Assembly (NCBI RefSeq): GCF_009914755.1
Contig: NC_060930.1
From: the human T2T-CHM13v2.0 reference genome, Homo sapiens
DNA length: 64,000 nt
Reading direction: 5' to 3' (one strand)
Shown: piece after piece, positions 24,700 through 39,300 of the stretch
How the letters are laid out: each line of letters begins with the position of its first letter
Numbering within the stretch: position 1 is the stretch's first letter
Program-made: the position numbers and the translations under genes
The notes under the pieces: model-generated
Database searches by the model: none
What the model was told of the DNA's origin: nothing
The model's input: the letters and a program-made list of their open reading frames with translations, nothing else

Positions 24700-25035
24700 T
24701 CTTTGGGAAGAAGTCCTTGATGCATTTATTAAGTGAAAAACTTACTTTACAATAGTTTCATCATCCAGTTCCTCATTTGTAAGTATGCGCATGCTTCAGT
24801 GTTTGAGTATTAGTACCTAGAGCAAAATGGGAGCTGCTGTGTCTTCTCTGGCTAGTGAGACCACAGAGGTTTTCCTTTTCCTTCCTTCTCTCCCTTTCCA
24901 TTCTCTTCTCCTCCTTCTCCTTCTCCCCCTTTCCATTCTCTTCTCCTCCTTCTCCTTCTCCCCCTCCTTCTTTGCTTACCTGTACTTTCTAAATCTTCTA
25001 CAATGATTACATATTCTTCTGTAATAATAAAAAAT
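24700..25035 (+). mobile_element. Old L1M 3'-end fragment containing a CT-rich tandem duplication (~24895-24965)
   Basis: Ends TTTCTAAATCTTCTACAATGATTACATATTCTTCTGTAATAATAAAAA, typical of L1ME/MC termini. Confidence 0.45.
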
Positions 25036-25417
25036 CAAACTGAAGAGAATGTTTACGCTGAATTGAAAAATAGAAAAAGAGAATCAAAATATCCGGGACT
25101 TTAAGGAAGTGGCGTTTTTCTTTTAATCATGTACCTTTTCTCATTCTTTCTGTTGATCATCATCATCTTAATGTTTTGTAGTTATAACTATTTAATTGTT
25201 CAATCTCTTAGCAAACTTACAAAACTAGATTGCACCTCAAGTGACAAAGCATGACCTAAATTCTTTGAATTCTCTTTCAATCTTTTGTGGACAAAATTGA
25301 GAGAGCAAATTAAATGGACACTCAGGGTTCTGGAGCATTGCCTTCCCATCAAACACTTTATAGTAGGCATTCGATCTTTCAATATCACCAAAGGTTTTGC
25401 CCTTTATGACCTGACAT

Positions 25418-25562
25418 AAGACTTCCCAAACTCTCATGTGCGTCTGAGCCACCTGGGCTCTTGCTAAGATGCAGGCTCTGATTTGGAAGGTCTGGGGTGG
25501 GCCTGGGATTCTGCATTCTAACAAGGTCCTGGGTGATGCTGGCCAGTGGACCACGCATTGCT
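25418..25562. mobile_element. MER5A hAT-Charlie MITE
   Basis: AGGTCTGGGGTGGGCCTGGGATTCTGCATTCTAACAAGGTCCTGGGTGATGCTG...GGACCAC matches the recalled MER5A consensus. Confidence 0.75.
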
Positions 25563-26215
25563 CTAACAAGAGCCCAGAGATTAGAGGTGGGCATCTTTCC
25601 ATGAAAATTCCTTCTCCAGAAGGCCTAGAACGTCTTTGTTTTAGTGGAAAACCTAGAATCATATAAAGGAAACCTGAAATATGTGTATGCTGTCATTCAC
25701 TGACCTACACCTTAGAGGCTGTATGAGGGGGTGATCATTAAGGTTTCTAGTTTTAAATTGAGAACTGGATTTGAATGCGAGCTTGTGGGAAAGCTTGGAC
25801 AGCCCTTCACCTCTGTGTCTTGATTTCTTCCAGAGTTGCTCTTGCTGAGGTGCAGGGTAGAGAAGTGGAGATGGGGCAATGCCCACACAGCTGGCACAGT
25901 GCCCGCCGTGGAAGGCACCCTCACCCAGTACCAGTGAGAACCACCACAGGCTGCTGGACACGAGCTCCTTCCTCTTGGGAGCCATGACCTTGGGCCCTTC
26001 CTCTGGTCTCACACTCAAGGCTCCAGAGCCACATGAGGTCATTTTCAGAGAGGATAACCCCTCACCAGCTGGCTCCAGGTCCTTCAGCAGGTGTGGATGC
26101 TGCTGGAGAAGGTGCTGGAGAGACATAGCTTTGGCACAGTAGGTCCTCACTGGACATCGGGGATAGGCTTTCGATGTAAGAATTATAGAAAGAGGAGAGA
26201 AACACGAAGCGTGTC

Positions 26216-26517
<302 letters not shown>

Positions 26518-26531
26518 ACGAAGCGTGTCTT

Positions 26532-27037
26532 AACAGTCAACATTTCAAACCTGGGAGGGACCTCTGGCCAAGTTAGGTCAGAAGCTGCACTCCCTTACAG
26601 ACTAAGAGTTTTTAAGGATTTAGGGAGGGAGAGTTTATCAGAGGCTTGGGCTGCTTCTGTGTTTCTTTGTTGTGCTTCTTTGGGAGGGAGAGTTGTGCCT
26701 TTCTGCAGCTGCAGGCATACAACCCCCCACCCCACCCCTGAGTATGCCTTTAGCTTCCCTATCTTAGTGCACCGGAAGGGAAAGCAACGTGCTTATTAAG
26801 GCCCACTGTTTTACTGGGGCCCATTGTATGAGGGTGAAGTTTGGCCGTTACCCAAGAGACTTTCCCCCACCTCCCTTGGTGCCAGAGCTGTCTTATCTGT
26901 GTTTTACTGTCTGCTCTTTCTGGCTGCTTGTAGTTAGAAGAGAAGTGATTTCCTTGAAATGCAGGAGGCTGGAAAGGGAACTGGAACTAAAAGGGGCAGG
27001 GCTTGTCCGAGATGATGGTGCTTCTCCTGCTCTGACA
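26532..27037 (-). mobile_element. ERV1 (MER4-group) LTR, LTR39/MER72-like
   Basis: Reverse strand begins TGTCAGAGCAGGAG...CATCTCGGACAAG...GCATTTCAAGGAAATCACTTCTCTTCTAACTACAAGCAGCC. The LTR may extend to the left of the Alu. Confidence 0.65.
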
Positions 27038-28244
27038 CTCGGAAATAGCAACTTGAGGTGAAATGACATAAAACAAAACCAATTTGCCATCGGTTAATTG
27101 ACAGAAACAAGAGTTACATTCCTACAACGTATTTCTGGCCAAAAAACATTATCACCATACCTCGAAACAAAGACCAAAACACTCCTCATATGAAACATGG
27201 AAATAAGTGTGAGCTATACAGACATTTAAGAAAGATTGAGAAAAACAAGTAGGACAATGATTTCCCTCTGACTCCAGGCCAGGGTGATGGGTGGCTGGAG
27301 CCTGTGCACATCTGTGGGATGTGGGAGGAACCCGGAGAGCCCTGAGCTCCACCCAGAGAGTGGCCCCGGTGGCAATTCGATTTTTTTCACATCAACGTTA
27401 CACCAAAATGACATTGAACAAAATGACATCATCTGAGGACCTGCTGCATCTACACTGCAGGCCATGGATGGGCCTTCTGGGTCTCCCTAGTCCAGCTCTG
27501 TTCCCACAAGCAGCACGATGACCAATTCCTAACATCGCGTCAGGAAGCACAAGTTTCCAAACATAAGGAAAAGCTGTGTTTCCCTCTCTCCCCCAGGGGC
27601 TGTGAAGGACATGAACGGCCAAGCTGAAAAGCACCAATCAGGAGCAGTGTGCCCCTGTTGTGATAATACAAGTTAGGGTATGTTCAGGGCCCCCAGGTCT
27701 CACAACCACTGTCACCTCTGAATGATGAATCTGATACGTCTCCTCAACAAATAAATTGGAAATCAAAGCCATGTCTCTCTTTCTCATGGGCTTTTGAACC
27801 TTACTAATAAGGAGTATCAAGCATGATGAATGTGATTGGATGCTTTTCACTGTGTGTGATGCAAAGGGCACTTCACCAGGAATGAGAAAAATTGAGTTCA
27901 AGTGCTGGAATCAATATTAATTCAATGTGATGCTCAACTAGATGGTTCTCTCTGGTTTCTCCACCTGTAAACCAAGGTAATAGGACCAGTTGCTTCTCTC
28001 AATCTGAAGTGTTTAAGGACAGGTTTATGGTCTTGGTTTATAAAATTAAAACAGACTTTTTAAAAAGTTTTAGTTTTTTGTTTTGTTTTTTTTATGAGAT
28101 GGGGTCTCACTATGTTGACCAGGCTCAACATAGTGAGACCTGCCCAGGACAGGGTCTGCCTTGTGGGATGGGCTGGGCTGCCGGGACAGGCTCCAGCCAC
28201 CCATGACCCTGGCCTGGAGTCAGTGGGAAATCATTGTCCTACTG

Positions 28245-28757
28245 ACTCCTCAACCCAATCCAGGAAAACCACCTCAACCCAATCCAGGCAGACTACGAAT
28301 GGCCCAGACCCTTCACATATGAAGATTTGGGTCACCCCGGCAAATACAGAATTGTGACCAGCTGAGGTCTTCCTGCAGGCAAATGAAACACAGAAGAAGG
28401 TCATTGTGAGTACCAGCTCTGCCCATCGGACCAGTTACAGAATCAAGGGCTGCCACTGTCTTGAGTGCTTCCTCTCTATTTTGCCATGAATATGTGGGTG
28501 TATCAAATATCTTTGTTTCCTTCCTTCTTTTGTCCCCTTTTTATAATAGCATGTAAGTCACAGGATATCAGGGAGATGATTAAATGCCACTAAAGGACTT
28601 TGCCTCCTCTTCTGGGGAGGGAGTTTGTGCATACTTGGTTGCATGTAGGATGGTTGTACCATTTTAGGCAAAAGTGTAGCCTTATTATTGTTTTTACCTG
28701 GAGATTGGGCATGGTGTAAGGAAATGTGTCTGGTGCCAAGTTGACATGGGATGGACT
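28245..28757 (+). mobile_element. ERVL (HERV-L) internal 3' fragment
   Basis: CAACCCAATCCAGGCAGACTACGAATGGCCCAGACCCTTCA...GATTTGGGTCAC and GCCAAGTTGACA...GGACT lead directly into an MLT2 LTR. Confidence 0.7.
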
Positions 28758-29112
28758 TGTGACAGTTAATTTTATGTGTTAACTTGGAGGGTGATTTTGG
28801 TGAGATTGATGTTACATTGTGAACTTTGGGTAAATCAGGTTGCCCTCCGTAATCTGGGTGGGCCTCCTGCAGTCAGCTGAAGGCCTGAACAGAACAAGAG
28901 GACGGCCTCCCCAGGCAAGAGGGGATTTTCCAGTGGACGGCCTTCAGGCTGAGCTGCACCATGGGCTCTCCCAGGTCCCCAGCCTGCAGCACACACTGCA
29001 GGTTTTGGACTTGCCAGCCCCCATAATCCTTGTAATGAATGACCCAATTCTCTCTGTTTACATTATGTATGCATCTTACTGTTTCTGTTTTTCTGGGGAA
29101 CACTGGTGTCTA
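28758..29112 (+). mobile_element. MLT2 (C/D-like) LTR of ERVL
   Basis: TGTGACAGTTAATTTTATGTG...TGGGTGGGCCTC...GAAGGCCTGAACAGAAC...TTTTGGACTTGCCAGCCCCCATAATC. Confidence 0.8.
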
Positions 29113-29456
29113 CCCAAGCCAGCTGACCCATCCTCATGCATTAAGTGACCAAGGACAATGAGCTCCATCCTCTTCGGAAGGATGACTTTGGGTTCTTTGC
29201 TTTCACACTCTTAATTCATGTGCTTTTCTGGCATCTGGCTTGTTTCCTACTTATTATTCCTTAGACCTGAGGAAAGCTGTTGTTCAAGCTCTCACTGACC
29301 TGCTCCATGTGCATGCAAAGACCCCTGGAGCTGCTGTCCAGGCACTGCACCCCCATCTCGCTTCTCCTGAGCAGTCAGACAGCTCAGACACAGCCCTCTA
29401 CATAGAAATAGAGGCATGGCTGTAGTGCAAGTCAAGGGCCATGTATCAGTCAGGAT

Positions 29457-30147
29457 TGAGAAATAAAAATAAAATCTTAAGCCCCCAACTAACCGAATAG
29501 ATCATCTCTTGTTCAAGAGGACCACAGAGAAACCTTGAAACTGAGTTCCTGGCCATGATAGGACAGGAGATCAGACATGCCTCACCGCCATTAGGCTTCC
29601 TTCCCTAAGGACTGGGTAGAAACCAGCCCTTTCAAAAGGCTCTGCCATTGATATCAATCAACTACCTGCCACTGCCCCTCCCTTTGCAGTTTTGACAAAA
29701 CCACTGACCGCTATTCCTTCCTGACAGAGACCACTGACCTCAGAGTGGCTCTGGCCAGTCTACTGAGGATGCACAGTGAGTTTTCGTGTCCTCTACTTCA
29801 CTTTTTGATATCACAGGGACAAAAACTCCACCCTGGGATTATGCTAATGTGGCCATTTTTGAACAGGGGACCCATAAAGGGGCATGAAACTCAATTGCAC
29901 ATGGATGTATTTCTTCTTTCATGAATATTCATGACTCCCCCCATAGCTTATTGAATATGTATATTTGGCCACCTTGCTCAATCAATCCCTGTCTTATTCT
30001 TCCCACCTTCTACATGTCTGTTTCTAGCTTCTGACTGGAGGCTACCCTTTCCAAGTGGTCAGAATGGCCACCTACAGGCTACAGCCCTTTATGAGAAATA
30101 AAGCTTTCCTTTCCAAACGTATGAATGTGGTCATCATTCAGTGGACA
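29457..30147 (+). mobile_element. ERV1 solo LTR, MER39-like
   Basis: TG...CA termini; starts TGAGAAATAAAAATAAAATCTTAAGCCCCCAACT; AATAAA near the 3' end. Confidence 0.7.
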
Positions 30148-30334
30148 GAATCTCTCAGTTCAAAGTGATGGGAACTCATCCTGAAACAGGCTAACATGTT
30201 CAGCTTCCAGGTTAGAACCCAGGGGTGTTATGGGCTCACAGCTGAGCAGGGTCATAGGTGCATCACAGAATCAGAGGGAGGGGCACAGAATCAGGGTCTT
30301 GAGCCAGCGCCACTAATGGTGCAGAGTCAGGTTC

Positions 30335-31150
30335 CCTCTCTCTGTCTCCCTCTCTGTCTCTCTCTCTCTATGTCTCTCTCTGTCTCTGTCTCCCTCTGTC
30401 TCAATCTCTCCCCCATCTCTCTCTGTCTCTCTCCCCCTGTATCAATCTCTCCCTCTATCTTTGTTTCTCCCCATCTCTGCCTCTCTCTCTTTCTCCCTGT
30501 TTCTCTCTCCCTCTGTCTCAATTTCTACCCCATCTCTCTCTCTCCCTCTGCCTCTCTCTGTCTCTCTCCCTCTCTGTCTCTCTCTGTCTCTGTCTCTCTC
30601 CCTCTGCCTCTCTCTCTTTCTCTCTCCCTCTCTCTCTGTGTCTCTCTCCCTCTCTCTTCTGTCTCTCTCTCTCTCTGTGTCTCTCTCCCTGTCTCTGTCT
30701 CTCTCCCTCTGCCTCTCTCTCTCTCTCCCTCTGCCTCTCTCTCTCTCCCTCTGCCTCTCTCTCTGTCTTTCTTCCTCTGTCTCTCTCCCTCTGTCTCAAT
30801 CTCTCCCCCATCTCTCTCTCCCTCTGCCCCCTCTCTTTCTCCCTCTGTCTCTCTCTGTTTCTCTCCCTTTGTCTCAGTCTCTTCCCTATCTTTCTCTCTC
30901 CCTCTGCCTCTCTCTGTGTCTCTCTCCCTCTGTCTCTCTCTCTCTCCCTCTGCCTCTCTCTCTCTCCGTCTCTGTCTCTCTCCCTCTGCCTCTCTCTGTC
31001 TCTCTCCCTCTGTCTCTGTCTCTCTCCCTCTGTCTCTGTGTCTCTCCCTGTCTCTGTCTCTCTCTCTGTCTCTATCTCTCTGTCTCTGTCTCTCTCCCTG
31101 TCTCTATCTCTCTCCCTCTCTCTCTGTCTCTCTCCCTTTCTCCTCTCCCC
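30335..31150. repeat. (CT)n/(CTCTGT)n low-complexity polypyrimidine tract, ~815 bp
   Basis: Almost exclusively C/T with scattered G; it produces spurious SL/RE-rich ORFs. Confidence 0.97.
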
Positions 31151-32029
31151 ATTCCCCATTTGTCTCTCATGTTGTCATTTTCTTCTTGGCTTCATTCTTC
31201 AGACAATTTCCACATCCCTGGATGACCCACGCAGATTAGCACGCTCTCAGGTTAGTAACCCCAGGGAAAGACGATTCTTTTTTAATCTAGAAAACGTCTG
31301 TTTAAAGAATTCTTAATTCTGCCAGGATCACAAGTTTACCTGTCGGGGTGATCTATACAGTTGTGGAGGACTCTTCCATGATAGACGAAGGTCTAAACAT
31401 GGCGGTGGTTTTAGGGCGTTGTGCTTGTTGAGGGGGCGACGGAAATGGTGAGGAAAAGAGTTCATTCAACACAGCGAGTTTGTGTCACTCAGAATCATGG
31501 TGAGGACCTGCAGGCATGCACGTGGACGCTGACCCATGGAGGGAATTGGTGTTCTCTGACCATCCCTTCAGTGCAGAACATCAGTCACAATTTAAGTTCT
31601 GTTTAGGTAAACAAATGACCTTTTCCTATGGGGCATTTTCATTTTATAAGGGTATGAGCTCATAGCAGGGCAAATCACTTGGTAGTTAAGACATCAGATG
31701 ATGGTTCTCAGGGTGGCCCAGGCAGTAGGACAATCAGAGACTTTCAGCTGCCCAGACCCCTCCCTGGACAAGAGATGTGCATGGCGACCCCGGCCCCTCC
31801 CTGTCCATGTGACTCTCTTCTCCATGACACTGTACAAAGGAGAGAACGTCCACAGTGACCCAGCCCCCATCAAGTCACCCAAAGCTTGTGGGAAACAACC
31901 AATATGGAAAGATAAAAATTACTAAATGCAAAAGCTGCAGGGGAATGACAGCAAACACAAATAAATGAAATGAATGTCTTTAACTTAAACTACTTCTGGC
32001 CTCACTGTGTGTGCTTTATGGCTCTATGA

Positions 32030-32434
<405 letters not shown>

Positions 32435-32861
32435 GAGAAGTCAAGTCTTTCAGGACATACCTAAAGAAGATAGCATCCATGGTGCATGGAGCATGTGCCT
32501 CACCAGGCATCACCATACCCACCACAGCTCATGCGTGCGGATGCCTTTGCTACCCAGGACGGCCATACAAGGAAGCCATTGGGTCAGTCCTGTGCACAAA
32601 CGGCATGTCAAGAAATTAAATGATTTCCTCAGGGCCCCGCAATTACCTTCAGCAAAGCTGAGATTCCCAGCCTTCTCTCCGCTCCCTGAGACTGACTCTG
32701 AATTGCTTTTCTGCTGGAGATGAAAACAAGAACAGAAACAGTGGAAACTAATCACATTTTTAAAAGTTTTACATAACCACTTAATTATAATACGCCTGCC
32801 CCAAAAGCACTCCTAACGTCCTAACACATGGTAACTTATTTGTTTAATTTTATAAGTATTT

Positions 32862-33036
32862 TCAGGGACATGGTGGGAGGGAGAGCATCAGGATAAAGAG
32901 CTAATGCATGTGAGGCTTAATACCCAGGTGATGGGTTGATCTGTGCAGCAACCACCATGGCATACGTTTACTTGTGTAGCAAACCTGTACATCCTGCACA
33001 TGTATCCCGGGACTTAAAATTAAGTTTAAAAAAATA
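32862..33036 (+). mobile_element. 5'-truncated L1PA (approximately L1PA10-13) 3' end
   Basis: GGTGATGGGTTGATCTGTGCAGCAACCACCATGG...AAACCTGTACATCCTGCACATGTATCCC followed by an A tail; TSD AAGTATTT. Confidence 0.85.
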
Positions 33037-33481
33037 AAGTATTTATGGAAACATGGAGCTCTTTCTCTCTCTTTTTCTACTTCATAGAGTTTTCTTTCTT
33101 TCTTTTTTTTTTTTCCAGTACTTGTGATTTTTCTTTAAACCTCAAATATTATCGTCATGGAAGAAATACTCACAGTCTATCAAGCTTGCCTGTCAGGAGC
33201 ATTTCCACCCTACAGACCAGCCATGGAGGCAGAGTGCAGCCCGGGTCTGTGGGTCACCAGGCCTCAAATGCCATCCCAGCGCCAGTGAAAGTTTGCTGTG
33301 TTCCTTTACACTGTCCCCTGTGGGCCTGGCTTCCCTGTGAGAAGGTGAGGACTTGGCTCAGCTCCTTAAGTTCCTGTTCAGCTTCAGGTTAGGACTCTAT
33401 TAAATAACAACCCGACACCTTCAGATTCCTCCTCTACCCTCCATGAGATCAGCGACTAGCACCTTGTGCATCTCATTTTAG

Positions 33482-33795
<314 letters not shown>

Positions 33796-35745
33796 TAACG
33801 TTCATATGGTACTTTTTCCCAGAGCCTGTCGTGCCCTGCGCAGCTCCCTGACCAACTGAGATCAGATCAGGGAGGTCGTTTGATCCTGTGTACACCACAG
33901 CTGACCGCGTGTGCAGCAGGACCCTCGGCATGCTCTCAGGAGCTGCAGTCCGGGAAACACAGGAAAGCTGTCGGCTGTGGTGGAGACTTCAGGCTTAGGT
34001 CCTGGGGGGATGGGTCCTCCAGTTCTCCCTCTGGGTCTCCGCGGGAACCCGGGTACTGCCTGTAAAGCCCCAGCCCTCCCCTCACTTGGCTTAAACCGCT
34101 GGGCATTTCCTTCCACAGGTTAAAGAGCCCCAAACAAAACACGCATTGAAACCTGCCTCCACAGCCCTCTCGGGCCTGCACAGGGCTGACCGGCACCCCT
34201 GGAGCCTGTCCACCTCTGGAAGGGCAGTTGCATGGCTCTGAGCACCGACGGAAACCCCTCGACCTGGAGAGGCCGCCTGCGTGGGGCCGACGTTGCACAG
34301 GCTGACCTTGTAGGGCGGTGGGTGGGGGATGCGGGGCAGGGGGCACAGCCCGGGCGCTCTTCCAGTGCTGGTTTGTCTATTTCATGTTGTCCACCCTGTC
34401 ATCCACCAATTGTTCTTTGGGTCCATTGGTAATAATATCTCCCGCATGGATGGGCTCTTCCCAGAGCCTCGTGGGTGCTGAATGAAGCCCAAGGAATGGC
34501 CTTCACCAGACACTTTGTTTTGTTTTTTCTGTTTATAAAAGGCAGGGCCCAGATAGTTTCATTTTCACAGGGACATCTGTAAGCACACACTTTGATTTAC
34601 ACTGGGAAGAGCCAATGGTTCTCATTTACAGAGGGTCAAGCTCCAGGAGGGAGGCAAGGGGACGCTTTGGAAAATAAAGTTCTTCCTTTTACTCCTGTGG
34701 GCCTGATGTGCTCTGTGAAGTTCAAACACTGTATCGACCATCTCAACTCTCAGGACAGCATGTGACACCTCCATCACTGGGAGCAAACTCTGTGCAGGAG
34801 CACCTGATTCTGCCAGGGCAGGTAAGGAGGTGACGCCCCGCAGAGGCAGGTGATGTCCCGCGGAGGCAGGTGATACGGAGCTCTGGGGAGACCACCAGGG
34901 TGGGAGGGGAGAGCGCCAGGAAGGGCTGCTGTGTTGAAGCTGCTCCCATGCGCCCCGAAAGGGGGACGTCCACAGACAGAGAAGAGTGGGATCCCCTGAC
35001 CACAGAGGCTGCCTTGGGCCGTGTCCCTTCTGGACATACAAATGCCCCATGGGCTGAGCCATGTGTATCCTACGATACCCCAGATATCCCAATAACCAGA
35101 GTCCCTGTGGGACAGCGAGTGAGGCTGAGGATGAACAAGCTTTGAAGCCTTTTTGAAAAACTACTAGCTCTCAAAACACAAAGTGCATTCAAACATGAAG
35201 TTAATTTGTTATAACTTTTATGTTATAAAAGTGGATTTTTATGTAAGAAAAGGTAAGGATAAACTTAAATTATCCTATAATTGTGGCTATTTACTTGGGT
35301 TCAAACACTGAAAAGAAAATGAGAATTTCCTCTTTAAATTCCCTTTTCCCACGTCCTTCCAGGAAATTCGCTCTCAGAAGCATGTTCCACTCAAGCGGAC
35401 TTGGCCTGCGCTGTGAGTCAATGTAAAGAGGGTGTGTTGGCTTCGGCTGGTTGACCTTCAGAAGTCGGAGAAGGCCAAAGTCCCACTGAATAAACTGCAG
35501 ATGAAAGAGACTCATGGGTCCTCAGAAGGAGGCATATGGCTGCTCTCGGGAACTTGACTTTTGAAATATTTGTTTAAAGCAAACACTTGCAGTGGCCGTG
35601 GAAAGCCTCCCGTTTCCTCTGGACCCTCAGCCTCTCCCTCGCAGGGCACCGGGCTCTCTCCCTCGGGGACAATGAGGCGAGAGAGGCTTTTGTTTATTCT
35701 TCAGGAGTCTCTGAGAGTTCACAGTCATGTTAAAAATTAACCTGG

Positions 35746-36049
<304 letters not shown>

Positions 36050-36052
36050 TTA

Positions 36053-36372
<320 letters not shown>

Positions 36373-39300
36373 TTAGCCTGGGCTCACACCAGCCTTGGGC
36401 TCCGCCGCTGGGCTCTCCTCAGAGTCCTTGGTCACACGGGCTGACACTTTGCCGAGTCCTGGCCCCAGGCCCAGAGGGACTCACCTTGCAGGAAGGGAGG
36501 GCCTCCTGATTCCGGATCCCACAGTCTGGAATCACCAGACTGGGGCAAATCCATCTTCTGCCACTAAAACTTACCAGCATCTTAAAGCCCAAAGTGCCCT
36601 TTTATCTGTATTTGCAAATACAAGCTTATTATTTTCTAGAAAGAGACTCCTTACAACGAACAAAGTGCAAAGCAGTGTCCATATTTTAATAGGCCTGAGC
36701 CTCAGGTGGGTGATGCCTGCATTTCAGGCTCAGCTCTGCACTTGAGCTGTAAATATGCGTTCCTTGAGATTAAGACGAAAAGGAAAACCGTCCGACAAAT
36801 GTGTTTGGTGGATTATGACACCATGACGCGTGGCCTCAGTTTCCTCACTTTGAAAAATATCCTTCAAGCAGCACAGAGCGGGCGGTTTGTCTCACGCTGG
36901 AGAAGGAATTCAGACGCAAAGCTCGCCGCAGCCTCAGAGGGCAGGCGCACCAGGCTCCTGGGTTCTCTCCGTGAAGGAAACTGACGAAGCCTTCCCGAAG
37001 GCTGATTTCTAACTGCCTGATGCTTCCAACGAGGTGGAGCTGTGGGCACAGACTCCCCTGAAAAGCTGAAGACACGCGCGGAGAGTGGGCACTGGACACT
37101 GGTTTCCAGCCCCTTAGCCTGGTGCCTTCAGAGACCGCGCCCCACCTCAGGGCTCGGCCGGCAGCAGGAGCCGGCGTGGAACGGCACAGACGCCGGTGCT
37201 GGGGGTTGGGACGGGCGGGATAGAGCCTCAAGTCTGTCTGCGGCCTGATGCCTTTCTGTGGGCTGCTGCAGACGATCACTGCCAGGTGGAGAAGAAAGCC
37301 CAAGACAAGCTCTGGTTTTTCTGCATCTCTTATTCCCAAACTGATGTATATTTAGCTTCAGAGTAGCTGAACCTCCTCCTCCGCCCCCCAGCCCCCATCT
37401 CCCTGTTAGAAACAATCTGTGGGACCTGAACATCCTCCCAGGGTCTAAGACCAGGCTCTCTGCTGAGCCACACTTTGAGAACAGTGCTGTAATTAAATAC
37501 GCACGTGTATTTTTTTAAAATAACAAAATATATTTAAAAACGTATTTTTCCTACCTATTCCCTTGTAATGTTTCTCTTTAGATGTGAACATAATTAAATG
37601 TAAATTTGTTTTACTCCATTTTTATTATCCAAGTGTTTTTTACTTTGTGATTCTTTAAGTTCCTTAGATTTATAATTATAAAGTTGTTAAATTTTCTGTT
37701 AAATTTATAAACTATATTTGTCTGGCTTGGATATTAAATATTAATACAGAGAAGCCGAACTAACTTTCTTAAGAAGAGGTGTTGGGGCCCTTAGAACTGT
37801 TAAAGTGAGAAAAAAACTGTAATAAGCAATATATTCCCCAACATTTTAAAAGTCATTAATTTAATTATGCAGACACTTTAGGTTAGTGCTGTTGGGATTC
37901 TCCGAAAGGCGCCCACGTGAACCAGCGCCCCTCACCCGCAGCCCACTTGTCCTCAGCCCTTTCCCTCCCCAGTCTCCAGGATTTTAAGTTGTAAATTACT
38001 TGAAACGTGTGCATTCACCACCAAGAGAAAACACAAATGTTCCTCCACACTTAGAATACTGTAAAGGAGGGGAAAAAATTCTAAAAACGTGAGGGATAAC
38101 TGAAAAAAAAGTGATGAAACAGGCCCCAGAACGCATAACGCTGTCCAAAGTACACCGCTGGCTTCTGGCCACGTGACTCTCCCCATAGCAGTCACAAAAC
38201 TGTGGGGCTGACTTTGTTTTCCTGCGTGTTGTCTATTTTGACTTACTCACAGCTGTTCGTGGCACATGCAGACGGTCGGAGAAGAGGCCTCCGTTCCTTC
38301 CTCGCCTCCTAACCACCGGTGCCCTGACAGATCCGCCTCCAGCTCATGAAAGGGTCAGGTGTTGGGGCTTGTCTTTGGAAACCATATAGCACTTTCCACC
38401 TCAAGTGATTTTTTAAAATCTACATGACAGGCCATGTAAAAAGGCTCCTCATACTCTGGGCAGTCCCTGCCCCTGTGTGCCAAGCCCTGACATGCTGGTT
38501 GGATGAGAGGATTGCTAAACATATTTACCAAAGTGCTGTGGAATTGAAGGCATTTGGGAAGATAGCATGCAGGAAAACTGTCTCTTCAAACACCGATTGA
38601 TTAGGGGATTAGGGATGGGCCCACCTGAGCCAGATAAGGAGCTCGAGGTGCCCGGCCCACCCCCCAGGCCAAGCGACTATCCTCCTGGGAGGCGCTGGAC
38701 TGACACCCTGGCTCACATCCTTCCTCCACTTCTCCCTCTGTTTTAAATCCCAAAGCTTTCCTGCACCTTTACACTGCATTTTATGCTTTATTACCTTCTC
38801 AGCCCCTTTTTCCTGAAGGCAGAGAACTGTGCTTCTGGAAGAATCCTCCCTTCCTAACACGAAGACCCCCTGGGCATCAGCAGACCAGGGCTAGAGACGT
38901 CACTAGGTGGCCGTCTCAAATCAGGGATAGGAGCTTCAGGCTCCGTGTTATGGGAGGGGCTCTGGTTGCGACTGTCCCATGTGGATCATGAAGGATGTTG
39001 ACCCGAGACAATGCTGGACATGGTGAGGAACATGTGGGCACATCAGGAAACGCTGCGGCCCCCCCCCCATCACACACCGGAGCCTCTGTGGGACCCCTGG
39101 TCGGTGCATCCCGGCACTCCGCTCCCACCTGCTCTCTGTGGCTTGAGAGGAGACGGAGATCTGAAGACCAAGGCTCTTTCCCAAATGCCCCAAATCTAAA
39201 GGCAAAAGTGTGCAGGCTGGTGGTTGTGGATGCGTGAAAACCCGACAATGGGATGGCTACATCTGGAATTCATTCTTCACTCTCCTTCCCACCCTTCTTT

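Noticed and set aside
30196-31239. 347-aa SL-rich and RE-rich ORFs
   Set aside because: Translations of the CT low-complexity tract.
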